Shown here piece by piece: positions 20,518 through 30,864 of a DNA stretch of 64,000 nt. Position 1 is the first letter of the stretch, and each line of letters starts with the position of its first letter. The stretch covers positions 1 to 64,000 of the forward strand of contig BTVI01000007.1 in NCBI GenBank assembly GCA_045862955.1, in the 5' to 3' direction. A model generated the notes under the pieces. The model saw only the letters and a list, made by a program, of their open reading frames with translations, had not been told where the DNA came from and did not search any database. The position numbers and the translations under genes are program-made. Origin of the DNA: Fimbriimonadales bacterium. GTDB taxonomy: Bacteria > Armatimonadota > Fimbriimonadia > Fimbriimonadales > JABRVX01.

Positions 20518-21092
20518 AGTTCGGATGCAGCGAGCAGCATCCGTCGGATCGCCTCGTCTGATCTGGCTTCTAGGTCTGCCAGCACGGCGTGCCGACGCGC
20601 GATCTCCCTCGCCCGATTCAGGATGTTCAGCGCGCTGATAATGTCCCCAGCTGCTTCTGCGGTCTGGGCCCAACCGGTTAGGCACTCCGCGGCGAGTTCC
20701 TCACTGTTCGCGCGGGTTGCAATCTCGGCGGCGGAGGAGAAGCAGTCCGCTGAGAAGTCGTAGGCCTCCAGCGAACGATAGGCCTCTCCCAGGCGGCACA
20801 GGCAGCGAGCGCGAAACTCGTGGTCGGCCTTCTGGGTAGGCGGGTGTGATGTGAAATGCTCCTCGAGCGCGCGCTCGAGGTAGCGGATGAGAGCCTCCGT
20901 GTCACCCATCCGGCCGTAGCACATCCCGATGTTATAGAGGGCCTCGGCGCGGGACCGAGCGTTGGCGCCTGACTCTTCCAGGCTCACGAGAGCATCGAGC
21001 CAACGGGAGATAGCCCCGCGGTAGTCAGCCTTTTCGTAGAGGGCTCGTCCCTCCGCGTCGGCCTTAGACCATGCTTGCGTATCAGGTTGCAT
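20514..21092 (-). CDS. Tetratricopeptide-repeat protein
   Basis: ALYNIGMCYGRMGD, CLCRLGEAYRSL TPR-like repeats. Confidence 0.8.
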   Translation of the reverse strand: MQPDTQAWSKADAEGRALYEKADYRGAISRWLDALVSLEESGANARSRAEALYNIGMCYGRMGDTEALIRYLERALEEHFTSHPPTQKADHEFRARCLCRLGEAYRSLEAYDFSADCFSSAAEIATRANSEELAAECLTGWAQTAEAAGDIISALNILNRAREIARRHAVLADLEARSDEAIRRMLLAASEL

Positions 21093-21440
21093 CCGAAGTG
21101 TCCTTCATAGCGAGCCGGCGACTTCCGAACTCATACGGTCATTGCCGCTCGTCTGCCTGGCGCCGTCTGATCGGCGTGGGCGAACGAAGGACCAATCCTC
21201 CAATCTCTATTGTACCCCCGTTTTCGGGAACTCGTGTCTGGCCGCAACACAAAATGTGGCCATTACCTCCGTATAGAGGCCAACATGTTGACGGTCTGGG
21301 CTCATGTTGATCCACCCTTCGATGCTCTCTTCCCAAAAAGGGCAGGGAGAACCCCGGTCGAAAGCCCCTCCCGCAGATTGTCGGGCCCTCTGCGTTGTCG
21401 GCTTGCCTTCGTGGCCCCGTAGGCCCGTGGCCCGTTGTGT

Positions 21441-21470
21441 GGAGGGGCGGGCACCCTGCCCGCCCCCTCC
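21441..21470. terminator. GC-rich hairpin downstream of STN-domain gene
   Basis: GGAGGGGCGGGCA...TGCCCGCCCCCTCC. Confidence 0.5.
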
Positions 21471-21476
21471 AGAGCT

Positions 21477-22628
21477 CTACTCGCTCTTGATCGTCAGCTT
21501 CTTCCCGTCCAACACGAATGCCATCGTGATCTGGCTGCCTGGACCGCCGCGAATGCCAACCATCTTCCGCTGCTCGGGCGTCAGGTCGCTCAGCTTGAGA
21601 TACCCTTGCTTCTCGTGGAGCGCCCACTGATCCGGCGTGATGCTGTCCATCAACTCCCGAACGTCTCCGCCGCGAAACTCGAAGGACTCTTTCAGCGAGG
21701 GCACGTCCTTCAGCATCTTGCGGAGGTCAGGCATATCCTTGAACAGCTCCTTCAGATCGGGCAGCGCCCCGATCCGCTCGCGAAGGCGCGGGGTCTCCAG
21801 CTTGAACTCACGATCCAAATAGCCGCGCTCGCGCAGCCACTCTTCCATCCGCTTGCGCTTTTCTGGAGTGAGGTCCTTCCGCCACTCGAACTCGCGCACC
21901 CGGTCGGGTTGGAACACCCGGGGAGCCTCTCTGAACTCGAAACCCGGAACACCGCCTCGTTTCTCCAGTTCCTTGGCGAGCCTCTCCAACTGGTCGGCGC
22001 TCTTGCGCAGTTCATCACCCAGCTTCGCCCAATCGCCGCCGTCACCGTCTCGCTCCTTGGCGGACTCGCGAAGCGCTTTCGCAGTCTCACGCAGCGACTC
22101 GGCAATGCTTTCCGACTTGGGGAGGTCGAGCTGAACCCGCCCTGAGTCGTCTGTCCGCAACTTGGGGGCCAATTCGAACAGAGTGCCGGCCTGCGGAGTC
22201 TGGATTAACAGGCCTCGCCGCTTCAGGTGAACGACTCCTTTTTCCACGGCGAACTGGCGGTTGTATGCGGACGCCAGGATCTCCAGCGCCTCGCGCACGG
22301 TCTTCTCCGGCCCGATGCGCAGCGTTACTCGGCGTCCGGTCTCACCCGGATCGGCAACCACGATGTCCAGGTCCCGGCACGCATCGAGGCTCGTCAGAGT
22401 CTCGATCGCGGTCTTCAAATCGGCGTTGTCCAGCGACAGCGTGGTCCCCAGCTTCCGGTCGAGGGCGGCAGGAGCCTGGACCACCTCATTGGCCGTCTCG
22501 ACTCTTTGCACGCCGGACTTTTCATAAGCGGCCTTTGCCGCATCCTGCTGCGAAATTGCGAACACCAGCCCCAGCGAGACCGCGACGATACCCGCGGGCA
22601 CAAGCAGACGAGCTGCTGAAATGCTCAT
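21477..22628 (-). CDS. Secreted protein with secretin/TonB short N-terminal (STN)-like domain and charged helical C-terminus
   Basis: SD GAGGAGG; signal/TM; LSLDNADLKTAIETL...VTLRI...VREALEILA. Confidence 0.6.
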   Translation of the reverse strand: MSISAARLLVPAGIVAVSLGLVFAISQQDAAKAAYEKSGVQRVETANEVVQAPAALDRKLGTTLSLDNADLKTAIETLTSLDACRDLDIVVADPGETGRRVTLRIGPEKTVREALEILASAYNRQFAVEKGVVHLKRRGLLIQTPQAGTLFELAPKLRTDDSGRVQLDLPKSESIAESLRETAKALRESAKERDGDGGDWAKLGDELRKSADQLERLAKELEKRGGVPGFEFREAPRVFQPDRVREFEWRKDLTPEKRKRMEEWLRERGYLDREFKLETPRLRERIGALPDLKELFKDMPDLRKMLKDVPSLKESFEFRGGDVRELMDSITPDQWALHEKQGYLKLSDLTPEQRKMVGIRGGPGSQITMAFVLDGKKLTIKSE

Positions 22629-22801
22629 GCCTATCCTCCTCGCTCTCACATGCCGCGCCAGCCGAAGAGATGACCGACGCCGCAGAGGGCATCATCCGCC
22701 CCAAAACGCTCTACCTGCACTACGCCCAAGGGCCCCAGCGTAGTTCCGGGCAAAGGGACGGGCGCACCGAGACCGAATCCCTGAAAAGGAGGTTGCTCGC
22801 T

Positions 22802-25800
22802 ATGCTGATGTTCCCGCTCCTCTCGGCTGCCCTCGGTGTCTGCGCTCTCTCGGGGGCGGACGTGGAATGGAAAACCTTTGGCACCATGCGCCTCGGCGAC
22901 GCCGACGTGCCCGTCCGCTTCCCGGCCGATGCGCTGGTCCCGGTCACCGTAGACGGTCCGCACTTCCAGCACGACGGCAGAACCTACGAGATTAACCGGT
23001 GGGGCAACCTGGGACGTTCCTACCTGGGACGGGGCGGTTGGGATGAGTTCTCCAAGGAATACGAAACTGCTATGGAGCGGATCCGCAACGGCTCTCCGAA
23101 CGTGTGGCGTGCCAAGTGCACCGTATTCACCACACTCGACCTGCTGTACGAGGATGCGGATGGCGTGCTCCATCGCCAGTGGGTGAAGATGGACCCCGAA
23201 GACCTCGACCTATGCCGCGAAACCTTTGCACGGTGGAAGACGCTCGTCGAAGTATTCTCGGGCGGCAATCTGAAGGTAGAGGTGGACTTCAACATCGAGG
23301 ACCAGCCGGTGAGGGGGCACTACCGCGGCAACGAGTCCTGGTCCTTCGATCCGCGTGTTGCCGGTGAGGTGTACTACCGAGGCCTCACAAATCGCGGTGA
23401 CTTCGACTGCATCCTGTTCTTCTGGTACCCGGGCCCTTCCACGGCCTTCTCGTTCGGAGGGACGGCCGGGCGCACGAACGGCGCCACGCAGGCCTATGTG
23501 CTGCTCTCGCACGGACGCGAGCTCGGCGCACGCATCGGCCACGCGGAAGCCATGCTGCACGAGTGGTACCACCAGATCGAAGGGACCTACGGGCTTTGGG
23601 GATACGGCGGGCCAGAGTATAGCTGGTTACCTCACCTGCACTCTGCCGAGCAAAACGGGTACGCGGTGGACCAAGCGGGCCACACGGGATGGTTCTCCTG
23701 GATGCGCGACCTGTTCCGCTACTCGGTCCGCCCGGGCATGTGGTTGAAGATGAGCAACCGACGCGAGCCGGACTACGCGGCGGTGGCCAAGCAGACGCAT
23801 ACCACGGACGATCCGGTCCCGGTCACCTGGTCCGAGGTCCGCGACGATCCATGGGCGAAGCTGCCTTACCTGACGCCCGAGACTATCGCAAAGCGCCTGG
23901 GTGTTTCCAGCATCGAGGTCAAGCACACCCAGACCGACGTATGCTTCGTGCCCTCAGAGGAAGGAAGCATTCTCTCCGTCGTGCGCCAAGAGCCGGACCC
24001 TGAAAACTCCATCCTGGATAACCAGCTCAACTTCTTGCGCGAGGGCGTGGCCGGATTCCGTTATCGTGCCGGCGATCAGGTTCGACAGATGCTGTTCGTG
24101 CGTTGGGACCTGATCGACATGGTAGTGGACAGGCTGGCCGACCACCCCGTTGGCACGCAGCCGCCCGCGAACGTTCTCGGCTACCTGTCCGTGGACGCGA
24201 AGATGATGGTGGTCTTGGACACCGCAATGGACCGCGACACTCTTGCCGAGACCGGGCTGCTGCGCGTCGGCACGGCCGGAGTGCCGGTGGATGTGCAGTT
24301 CTCGGGGGCTGCTGCATCGGGTCAGCAGTTCGCGCCCCGCATCGAGTGCGACTTGCCCGGCCTGTCGCGTTGGGAGCTGTACGAGTGGGGCACGGTCCGA
24401 CCGGTGGAGCGAACCACGTCGGGGTTCCGCTTTGCCCCGCCGAGCAACGCGTCGGCTGCGGTGTACGAGGCTAGGGCCACTGGGGCCGCGGGCGAGATGG
24501 TCTCCCGGCCCATCACGGTTCATGCACTCGACGCCTTGCACGTTCGCCTCCTGCCCGTCGGGTCATCAAGAGTGTCCGGCAAGGAGCACAGGCTGAAGCT
24601 GGAACTGAGGAGCAACGAGGCCGGCGAGGCAGGTGTGGAGTGGGACCTACCGAGAGGCTGGCGGCCGATTGGGGACGCCCCTTCGAGCGTGAGATTGCAG
24701 CCGAACGCGCTAACAGCGATGGAGTATGCCTTCGACGTTTCAGGATGTCCGGAGGGGAAGACCAGCGTGCGTGCTCTGGTGGATGTCGGCGGCAAGTCGT
24801 TCCCTGCAGAGGCGGCCCTCGAGGTCTTCCGCCAGCCGGTGCTTCAGCACGATGACTTCGAGACGGGCCCCGGGGGTTGGGACAGTCCTCGGAACGACCG
24901 CGCTGGATGGACGGTGGAGGCAGCAGCAGATGCAGAGCGCGGTGGCAACGTGTTGGCCGTCACCGACCAGGGCGGCACCCACTGGGGGCGGGTGAACGCC
25001 TTCGGTCGGTACTTGCCCAACGGCCAACCCGATCCCGATGCGCCCGGCTACGACGCGAGCGTGTATCGCTTCGTGGAGCTTTACATGAAGACCACGAGTC
25101 GAGAGTCGTGCGGGCTCATCGTGACCCTGGCAGACCAGAAACGCTACGCCGTGATGCTCACCGGCCGTCATCGCGAGCAGTGGGGCGAGAGCACAGAGCT
25201 ACCACGGGCGCGGTTCGTCGCCGACGGCACCTGGCAGCGCGTGGTGTACGACCTGGGCGGCGCGCTCGAAAAGGCCACCGGTAGCCCCGGGCCGCACATC
25301 GTCACTGACATCGGCTTCGGTGACCCGCGGAAGTTCTGCAGCAACCAGTGGTTCTCATCCGACCGCATCACCTACTTCGTGGACGACTTCCGCATCCTGC
25401 AGCAAGCCGAGCCTGGCGAGGAGGCACCGCTACCCGAAGCAGAGCCGAGTCTCGATTCCGCGGATCCTCTGCTGCGCGCTGCAGCGTGTGCTCGTGTCAA
25501 GCCAGATTCCCCGCTCTCCGATATCCAGGCTGTGGCAAAGCTGCTCTCTGACATCAACGCGACGGTGCGGCTGAACGCTGCCGGTGTCTTCACACGGGTG
25601 AAGCATACGGAGGCCGAGCCCGCTCTGATTCAGGAGATCATGGACACCGACGCCCGGGTGGCAGAGTATGCTGCCCGTGCACTCGCGTTCCAGGGTACCG
25701 AGAGGGCGATGGCAGCCCTGCGGGAAGGTGTTGCGAAAGCACTTTCCGGCTATACCCGCGGGGTGATAGCCGAGCTCCTCGCCGACAAGAACGACACCAA

Positions 25801-26269
25801 GGCACTGGCAGGCATCGGCTCGCTGATGAACTCGCCGGACGTCGCGGGGCGGGTCGCAGCCTGTCGCGCGCTCGGCAAGATGGGAGGCCAGGGGGGCCAC
25901 GTGTTTCTGCTCGGCTTCCTGAACGACTCCGACCCGAACGTGCGGGCGGCGGCAGCGCGTGCTGTGTCCGACCCATCGCTCGTCGGGCTGGACATTAGGT
26001 TGGCCGATGCAGTACAGCACGAAACCTCGGACTTGGTGCGGGCTGAAGCAGGTGCCGCGCTGTTGCTCTCCAACAAGCCCGCCATGGTGGAGGTAGGCCT
26101 TTCGCTGCTGAGACACCCCAATCCGGACATCCGCCAGCTGGTTGTGACTCGAATGGGGCAGATCGGCAGAAAGGAGTGGGTGGAGAGTGTTCGTCTGCTC
26201 GTGGAAGATGTCAACCCGGAGGTCCGTGAGGCAGCTGGACGCGCGCTGCGTCGTCTGCAGGGCGAGTAG
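22802..26269 (+). CDS. Large secreted multidomain protein: HExxH metallopeptidase-like, beta-sandwich domains, HEAT repeats
   Basis: SD AGGAGG; signal peptide; MLHEWYHQIE; C-terminal LNDSDPNVRAAAARA / EDVNPEVREAAGRAL repeats. Confidence 0.75.
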   Translation: MLMFPLLSAALGVCALSGADVEWKTFGTMRLGDADVPVRFPADALVPVTVDGPHFQHDGRTYEINRWGNLGRSYLGRGGWDEFSKEYETAMERIRNGSPNVWRAKCTVFTTLDLLYEDADGVLHRQWVKMDPEDLDLCRETFARWKTLVEVFSGGNLKVEVDFNIEDQPVRGHYRGNESWSFDPRVAGEVYYRGLTNRGDFDCILFFWYPGPSTAFSFGGTAGRTNGATQAYVLLSHGRELGARIGHAEAMLHEWYHQIEGTYGLWGYGGPEYSWLPHLHSAEQNGYAVDQAGHTGWFSWMRDLFRYSVRPGMWLKMSNRREPDYAAVAKQTHTTDDPVPVTWSEVRDDPWAKLPYLTPETIAKRLGVSSIEVKHTQTDVCFVPSEEGSILSVVRQEPDPENSILDNQLNFLREGVAGFRYRAGDQVRQMLFVRWDLIDMVVDRLADHPVGTQPPANVLGYLSVDAKMMVVLDTAMDRDTLAETGLLRVGTAGVPVDVQFSGAAASGQQFAPRIECDLPGLSRWELYEWGTVRPVERTTSGFRFAPPSNASAAVYEARATGAAGEMVSRPITVHALDALHVRLLPVGSSRVSGKEHRLKLELRSNEAGEAGVEWDLPRGWRPIGDAPSSVRLQPNALTAMEYAFDVSGCPEGKTSVRALVDVGGKSFPAEAALEVFRQPVLQHDDFETGPGGWDSPRNDRAGWTVEAAADAERGGNVLAVTDQGGTHWGRVNAFGRYLPNGQPDPDAPGYDASVYRFVELYMKTTSRESCGLIVTLADQKRYAVMLTGRHREQWGESTELPRARFVADGTWQRVVYDLGGALEKATGSPGPHIVTDIGFGDPRKFCSNQWFSSDRITYFVDDFRILQQAEPGEEAPLPEAEPSLDSADPLLRAAACARVKPDSPLSDIQAVAKLLSDINATVRLNAAGVFTRVKHTEAEPALIQEIMDTDARVAEYAARALAFQGTERAMAALREGVAKALSGYTRGVIAELLADKNDTKALAGIGSLMNSPDVAGRVAACRALGKMGGQGGHVFLLGFLNDSDPNVRAAAARAVSDPSLVGLDIRLADAVQHETSDLVRAEAGAALLLSNKPAMVEVGLSLLRHPNPDIRQLVVTRMGQIGRKEWVESVRLLVEDVNPEVREAAGRALRRLQGE

Positions 26270-26444
26270 GGCCTAGGGAACCGATGCCTCCGCCTGGCAC
26301 GTGCTTGGAGTGGGAAGAACCGGGATCGCGCTGCCGCAAGTGGTGGTTGCGCGGATGTCGGAAGGGCATCGAGCAGAGGGGGACAGCGCGAGCAGGCTCG
26401 CGCTGTCCCGAGAGCACTCCCAGACCGCTCCTTAGGAGGGTGAG

Positions 26445-27317
26445 ATGAAAACGCTTTGGATGGCACTGCTGTGTCTGGCCTCGTGCGCCTGGCCGGCCAA
26501 GCCTGTCGTGATAGTCACCGACTGTGGCAACTGGGTAGACGACCAGTTGGCTATCGTGTACCTGCTGGCCTCGCCATCGGTGGAGGTGAAGGGCATCGTG
26601 GCTTCGCACTACGGCGCGCCCGGCACGGCGAAGCTGGCCAAGGAAGCCGTCGAGAAGTTGCTCGCCGACCTCGGCTCACAGGTGCCCGTGTGGCAAGGCG
26701 CCGAGTCGTCGCTCTCGGAGAATCCGGACCAACCCGCCTCGGAAGGGGCGCGTCGAATCGTCGAACTGGCCCGCCGGGGCCGGCTGGACGTGCTCTGCCT
26801 TTCCGCCGCCACAGACGTCGCCCTCGCCCTCCGTGAGGGCGCCGGGGCTAAGGCGCAGGTGTACTGGGTCGGTTGTGGACCACTGCCGAAGGGCGGTCGT
26901 GGCGACTTCAACCTTGCGAACGACGTACGGGCAGCACAGATGCTCTTCGACTCGCCGGTGACTCTCTATTGGATGCCCGCGGTAGGCGTGGCCGATGCCT
27001 TGAAGCTGACCGGTACCCAGGTGCGCGAGCGCTTCGCGGACTATGGGACTCCCGGCAAGGTACTGAAAGAGATCGCCGCAACCATGGGCCGTTCTCCCGC
27101 CTCACTCTGGGACCTCGGCCTGGCAGGCGTGTACGTCCGGCCCGGGTTGGGAGTCACGGAGACTAGACCCGCACCACAGGTCACCGACGACTTCCGACTC
27201 GTGGAGCGTAAGGGTGGTAAGGGAGTAGTGGTGTACACACGCGTTCGGGTGGAGCAGGTGTTGCAAGAGTTCGAGAGTGCGCTCAAGGCATGGGCCAAGC
27301 GTGAGCGCGAGCGTTAG
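26445..27317 (+). CDS. Nucleoside hydrolase family protein with signal peptide
   Basis: VIVTDCGNWVDDQLA, FNLAND..AA, SLWD motifs; SD AGGAGG. Confidence 0.75.
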   Translation: MKTLWMALLCLASCAWPAKPVVIVTDCGNWVDDQLAIVYLLASPSVEVKGIVASHYGAPGTAKLAKEAVEKLLADLGSQVPVWQGAESSLSENPDQPASEGARRIVELARRGRLDVLCLSAATDVALALREGAGAKAQVYWVGCGPLPKGGRGDFNLANDVRAAQMLFDSPVTLYWMPAVGVADALKLTGTQVRERFADYGTPGKVLKEIAATMGRSPASLWDLGLAGVYVRPGLGVTETRPAPQVTDDFRLVERKGGKGVVVYTRVRVEQVLQEFESALKAWAKRERER

Positions 27318-28194
27318 CGAGCGCGTTCGGGACGCGGTCGCCGAGGGTCGCCCCGTCGTCGCCCTGGAGACCGCTGTGCTCACTCACGGGCTGCCGAAGC
27401 CGCTCGGCCTGGAGACCGTTCTGCTGCAGGTCCGCCACATCCAGGAAAAAGGAGCGGTGGCGGCCATCGTGGGTCTGCTGGATGGCGAGGCGAAGGTGGG
27501 CCTAACGAACGAGGAACTGCTTCGGCTGAGCGAACTCCAGCAACCGCAAAAGGTGAACCTGCAGAATCTCTCCGTCGCCTGCCATGCGGGAGCCAGCGGA
27601 GGAACCACCGTTTCGGCAACGATGCAACTCGCGCACCTAGCCGGAATCAGAGTGATGGCAACGGGGGGTATCGGAGGCGTGCACCGCGGTGGGCAGGACG
27701 TCTCGACGGACCTCGTAGCGCTGAGCGCGGTTCCTATGGTGGTGGTCTGCAGCGGCCCGAAAGCGGTGCTCGACGTGTCTGCGACACTGGAGCGCCTGGA
27801 AGCGTACGGCGTACCGGTGGTGGGGTACGGCACCGACCATGTCCCCGCGTTCTATAGCGCCGACAGTGGCTGGCCTGCCACGGGTCGGGTGGATACCCCC
27901 GAAGCTGCAGCTTCGCTGTTCCGTTCGCACCTCGAGCATGGGGTGCGCAGCGCCGTGCTGCTGTGCAATCCGCCCCCTGCAGATGCCTCGCTGCCGTGGG
28001 ACGTGGTGCAGAGAGCCGTGGACGAGGCCGAGAGAGCCTGCGTACGAGACGGCGTGAGCGGCCGAGCTGTCACACCACGGTTGCTGGAGGCCGTCACACT
28101 TGCCTTGGACGGCGCAAATCTACGCACCAACACAGCTCTCCTCGTGGCCAACGCCAGATTGGCAGCCGAGGTGGCTTGCGCCATGGCCCCCTAG
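27301..28194 (+). CDS. psuG: Pseudouridine-5'-phosphate glycosidase
   Basis: VALETAVLTHGLP, TTVSAT, ATGGIGGVHRG, DVSTDL, VTPRLL. Confidence 0.9.
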   Translation: MSASVSERVRDAVAEGRPVVALETAVLTHGLPKPLGLETVLLQVRHIQEKGAVAAIVGLLDGEAKVGLTNEELLRLSELQQPQKVNLQNLSVACHAGASGGTTVSATMQLAHLAGIRVMATGGIGGVHRGGQDVSTDLVALSAVPMVVVCSGPKAVLDVSATLERLEAYGVPVVGYGTDHVPAFYSADSGWPATGRVDTPEAAASLFRSHLEHGVRSAVLLCNPPPADASLPWDVVQRAVDEAERACVRDGVSGRAVTPRLLEAVTLALDGANLRTNTALLVANARLAAEVACAMAP

Positions 28195-29303
28195 GGCGCG
28201 ACGCACGAGGTGCTGAACGTGAAGGAGTACAACTGCACTCCGGTCGCTTGGGGGGTGAGAACGAGAAGATGCTCCCCGTGCTTCGGATTCACGACGAGGC
28301 TGTACATCCTCGACTGGGTCACCTCGACGTAGCTTCTGCCCCGGTCATCGAAGCGTACGTCCCGCCCTGCGCTGAGCCTATCCAGCGGTTTGCCATCTTG
28401 CATGAGGAGCAGCCGAACCGGTCGAGATCCATCGGGCCTCAGCACCGCATTCACCTCTGTTGCCTTATAGGTCAACGAGATGGTTGCTGGAAGCCCTTCC
28501 GCCCGGACGCTCTCGGGCCCGCAGAACCACTTGCCCGAGAGGAATATGCGCCCTGCCTCACGCGGCTCCTCCTCGGGGAATGACACCACCTGACCGTGCC
28601 GGTACAGCGCATCTTGGCCGAAGTGGCCGCTTTGGAAACCGCGGCTGCCGGCGTAAAGCTCGGGGGTCACCGGGTAGCACACCGCTCCGGGCTTGTCGGT
28701 ATCGCGGACTGGTTCCATGATGGGTGGCAGCTCGCCCGTGTAGCCCGCGTCTCGCAGAAGCGTCTGGATGCGTTTCTCGGTCGCCCCGTAGCCACCCTCG
28801 CCAATGTGGTCGTACACGATCTTGCCGTTCTTGTCAATCAAGTACTTGCGTGGCCAGTAGCGGTTAGCATAGGCGGACCAGTTCTCGTAGTCGTTGTCGA
28901 GGAGTATCGGAAAGGTGAGGCCGAACCGCCGCGCGGCCTCCTGTACGTTCTCTTTGGACTTTGCGAATTCGAACTCGGGAGTGTGTATCCCTATGATGAC
29001 GAGCCCCTTATCCGCATAACGGCGATGCCATTCGGTCAGGTAGGGGAAGGTGCGAATGCAGTTCACGCAGGTGTACTCCCAGAAGTCCACCAGCACGACC
29101 TTACCGCGAAGCTCCTGTATGCGCAGCGGCTTGCTGTTCAGCCACTCGCTCGTGCCTCCCACGAACTCGGGTGCGTTTACGACCGGGTAGCTTATGGATG
29201 CCACTTGGCTGCCTCCTTCGGCTCTACCGCAGCCTGCTGGCAGCGCACACAGCACGGCGACGGAAGCTAGAAATCCGAGCGCATAACCGGAGCCGATGAT
29301 CAT
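28191..29303 (-). CDS. DipZ-like thioredoxin + C-terminal beta-sandwich lipoprotein
   Basis: DFWEYTCVNC, HTPEFEF, NRYWP, GEGGY, TPELY, YSFTF. Confidence 0.88.
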   Translation of the reverse strand: MIIGSGYALGFLASVAVLCALPAGCGRAEGGSQVASISYPVVNAPEFVGGTSEWLNSKPLRIQELRGKVVLVDFWEYTCVNCIRTFPYLTEWHRRYADKGLVIIGIHTPEFEFAKSKENVQEAARRFGLTFPILLDNDYENWSAYANRYWPRKYLIDKNGKIVYDHIGEGGYGATEKRIQTLLRDAGYTGELPPIMEPVRDTDKPGAVCYPVTPELYAGSRGFQSGHFGQDALYRHGQVVSFPEEEPREAGRIFLSGKWFCGPESVRAEGLPATISLTYKATEVNAVLRPDGSRPVRLLLMQDGKPLDRLSAGRDVRFDDRGRSYVEVTQSRMYSLVVNPKHGEHLLVLTPQATGVQLYSFTFSTSCVAP

Positions 29304-29346
29304 GCTCCTTCAAACGAATTCCCTCGACCAAGGGTTGCCAGAGCAT

Positions 29347-29378
29347 GCGCACCCCGGGGCTTCGGCCCCGGGGTGCGC
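29347..29378. terminator. 14-bp perfect hairpin after flagellin 1
   Basis: GCGCACCCCGGGGC-TTCG-GCCCCGGGGTGCGC; no clear U-tract. Confidence 0.6.
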
Positions 29379-29406
29379 CCTTCAGTGGCTGCCCGAACGT
29401 CCGGGC

Positions 29407-30864
29407 CTATCGGAGTAGCGCGAGGACTGATTGAGGAGCAGCGTTGGCCTGCGCTAGCACCGATAGGCCGGACTGCTGGAGGATTTGCAGCTTGGTGAAG
29501 CTGGTGATTTCGTTGGCCAGGTCCAGGTCGCGAATCTGCGACTCGGTCGCCGACAGGTTCTCCCGCGCAACGCCGAGTGAGCGAATGTTGGACTCCAGTA
29601 CGTTGCGGGTGAACGAACCGATGGATGCCCTCAGCGACGACACCTCTTCGATGGCAGCGTCCACGATGGCGAGTGCCTCCGTCGCCCCCGCCGAGGTAGT
29701 CACGTCCACCGTGCTTAGGTTCTTGCCTCCGTATACCGTGTCACCAAGCCTTGCCGCCGCGATGTCCATGAGCGAAAGGGCAGTGGTGTTGTTGGCGTTG
29801 GCGCCGATCTGGAACTGCGCCATGCCGGCGGTGATCTGTGCCACGGCGACGGCAGTCGTGCCTAGGGAGCTGTTGCCCTGTTCCGTGAGAAGCAGCACGT
29901 TGCCGTAGCGGTCGGTCAGTCGGAGTCCGGAATCGCCGGAATTGCGCCCGCCGGTGAACAGCACCGTCTCGACTCCCGAGGAGGTCGTCACTGAGACACT
30001 CACTTGCGCATCCCGAGCCGTCACCGTGACCGAGTCTGGGCTGGCCAGCAGATCGCCCTTGTCGTAAAGGGTAATGCCGTAGCGACTCCCGTAGTTCACC
30101 TGCGAGAGACTGACAAAGACCTGTGTGGCGCTGGCAAAGGACGCTGCGGCGGTCACTCCCGTTGTCGTGCTCTGCAGGTTGATCTTGTTGATGATCTCCT
30201 GCAGCGTCTCCGTCCCGCTGGAGGTGATCGAGACCCCATTGATGACGAACGTGCCCGCCGAAACGATGCTGGACAGCGCCCCGTACGTTACGTTCAGCGT
30301 GGTGGAGGCTCGTGTCGCGCTCGTCACGATGGCCACCGATACCACCCCGTCCGACTGCACCGCGTTCCCGTTGAACGTGCCGCCGATGTTGATTGCCGCA
30401 AGGATGGAGGCGTCCGTCACACTCGACGAGATGCCTGACGACCCGTCCAACAGGCGCTTCCCACCGAACTGCGTTGTCGAGGCGATGCGGTCAATCGTTG
30501 CGATGATGGAGTTGATCTGGTTCTGGTTGGCCTGCAGAGCGGCCTGGTCCAGCACGCCCGTGTTCGCCGAAGCCACCGCGAGCGCTCGTGCGTCTCGCAG
30601 CAGCCGGTTCACCTCGTCCAGCGCCCCCTCCGCCGTCTTGGCAAAGTTCGTGGCGTCCTGGGCGTTGCGTATCGCCTGGTCGATGCCCCCTATCTGTGCG
30701 CGAAGGCTCTCAGAAATGATCAGTCCCGCCGGATCGTCCGCAGCCGTCGAAATGCGAAGGCCCGTGGAAAGTCGCGTCACGCTCTTCGAGAACTCGCTCT
30801 CGATCATGTTCAGATTGCGTAGCGCGTTGAGTGCCGATGTATTCGTGTTGATGCGGAATCCCAC
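29407..30864 (-). CDS. fliC: Flagellin (485 aa)
   Basis: RINTN, RLSTGLRI..AADDPAG, FQIGAN, ENLSATESQIRD.D.A, AQAN; GTG start with SD GGAGGA. Confidence 0.95.
   Translation of the reverse strand: MGFRINTNTSALNALRNLNMIESEFSKSVTRLSTGLRISTAADDPAGLIISESLRAQIGGIDQAIRNAQDATNFAKTAEGALDEVNRLLRDARALAVASANTGVLDQAALQANQNQINSIIATIDRIASTTQFGGKRLLDGSSGISSSVTDASILAAINIGGTFNGNAVQSDGVVSVAIVTSATRASTTLNVTYGALSSIVSAGTFVINGVSITSSGTETLQEIINKINLQSTTTGVTAAASFASATQVFVSLSQVNYGSRYGITLYDKGDLLASPDSVTVTARDAQVSVSVTTSSGVETVLFTGGRNSGDSGLRLTDRYGNVLLLTEQGNSSLGTTAVAVAQITAGMAQFQIGANANNTTALSLMDIAAARLGDTVYGGKNLSTVDVTTSAGATEALAIVDAAIEEVSSLRASIGSFTRNVLESNIRSLGVARENLSATESQIRDLDLANEITSFTKLQILQQSGLSVLAQANAAPQSVLALLR

Noticed and set aside
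21207..21263. 18-aa minus-strand ORF MATFCVAARHEFPKTGVQ after GGAGGT
   Set aside because: SD is too close to the ATG and the ORF overlaps a likely -10 (TACAAT) for the TPR gene
22265..22801. Long N-terminal extensions in the ORF track (also 46611-48467, 55225-57123, 31122-32675, 11850, 18836, 19522, 60495-61733)
   Set aside because: They overlap neighbouring genes; downstream starts have SD sites, signal peptides or stop-start coupling
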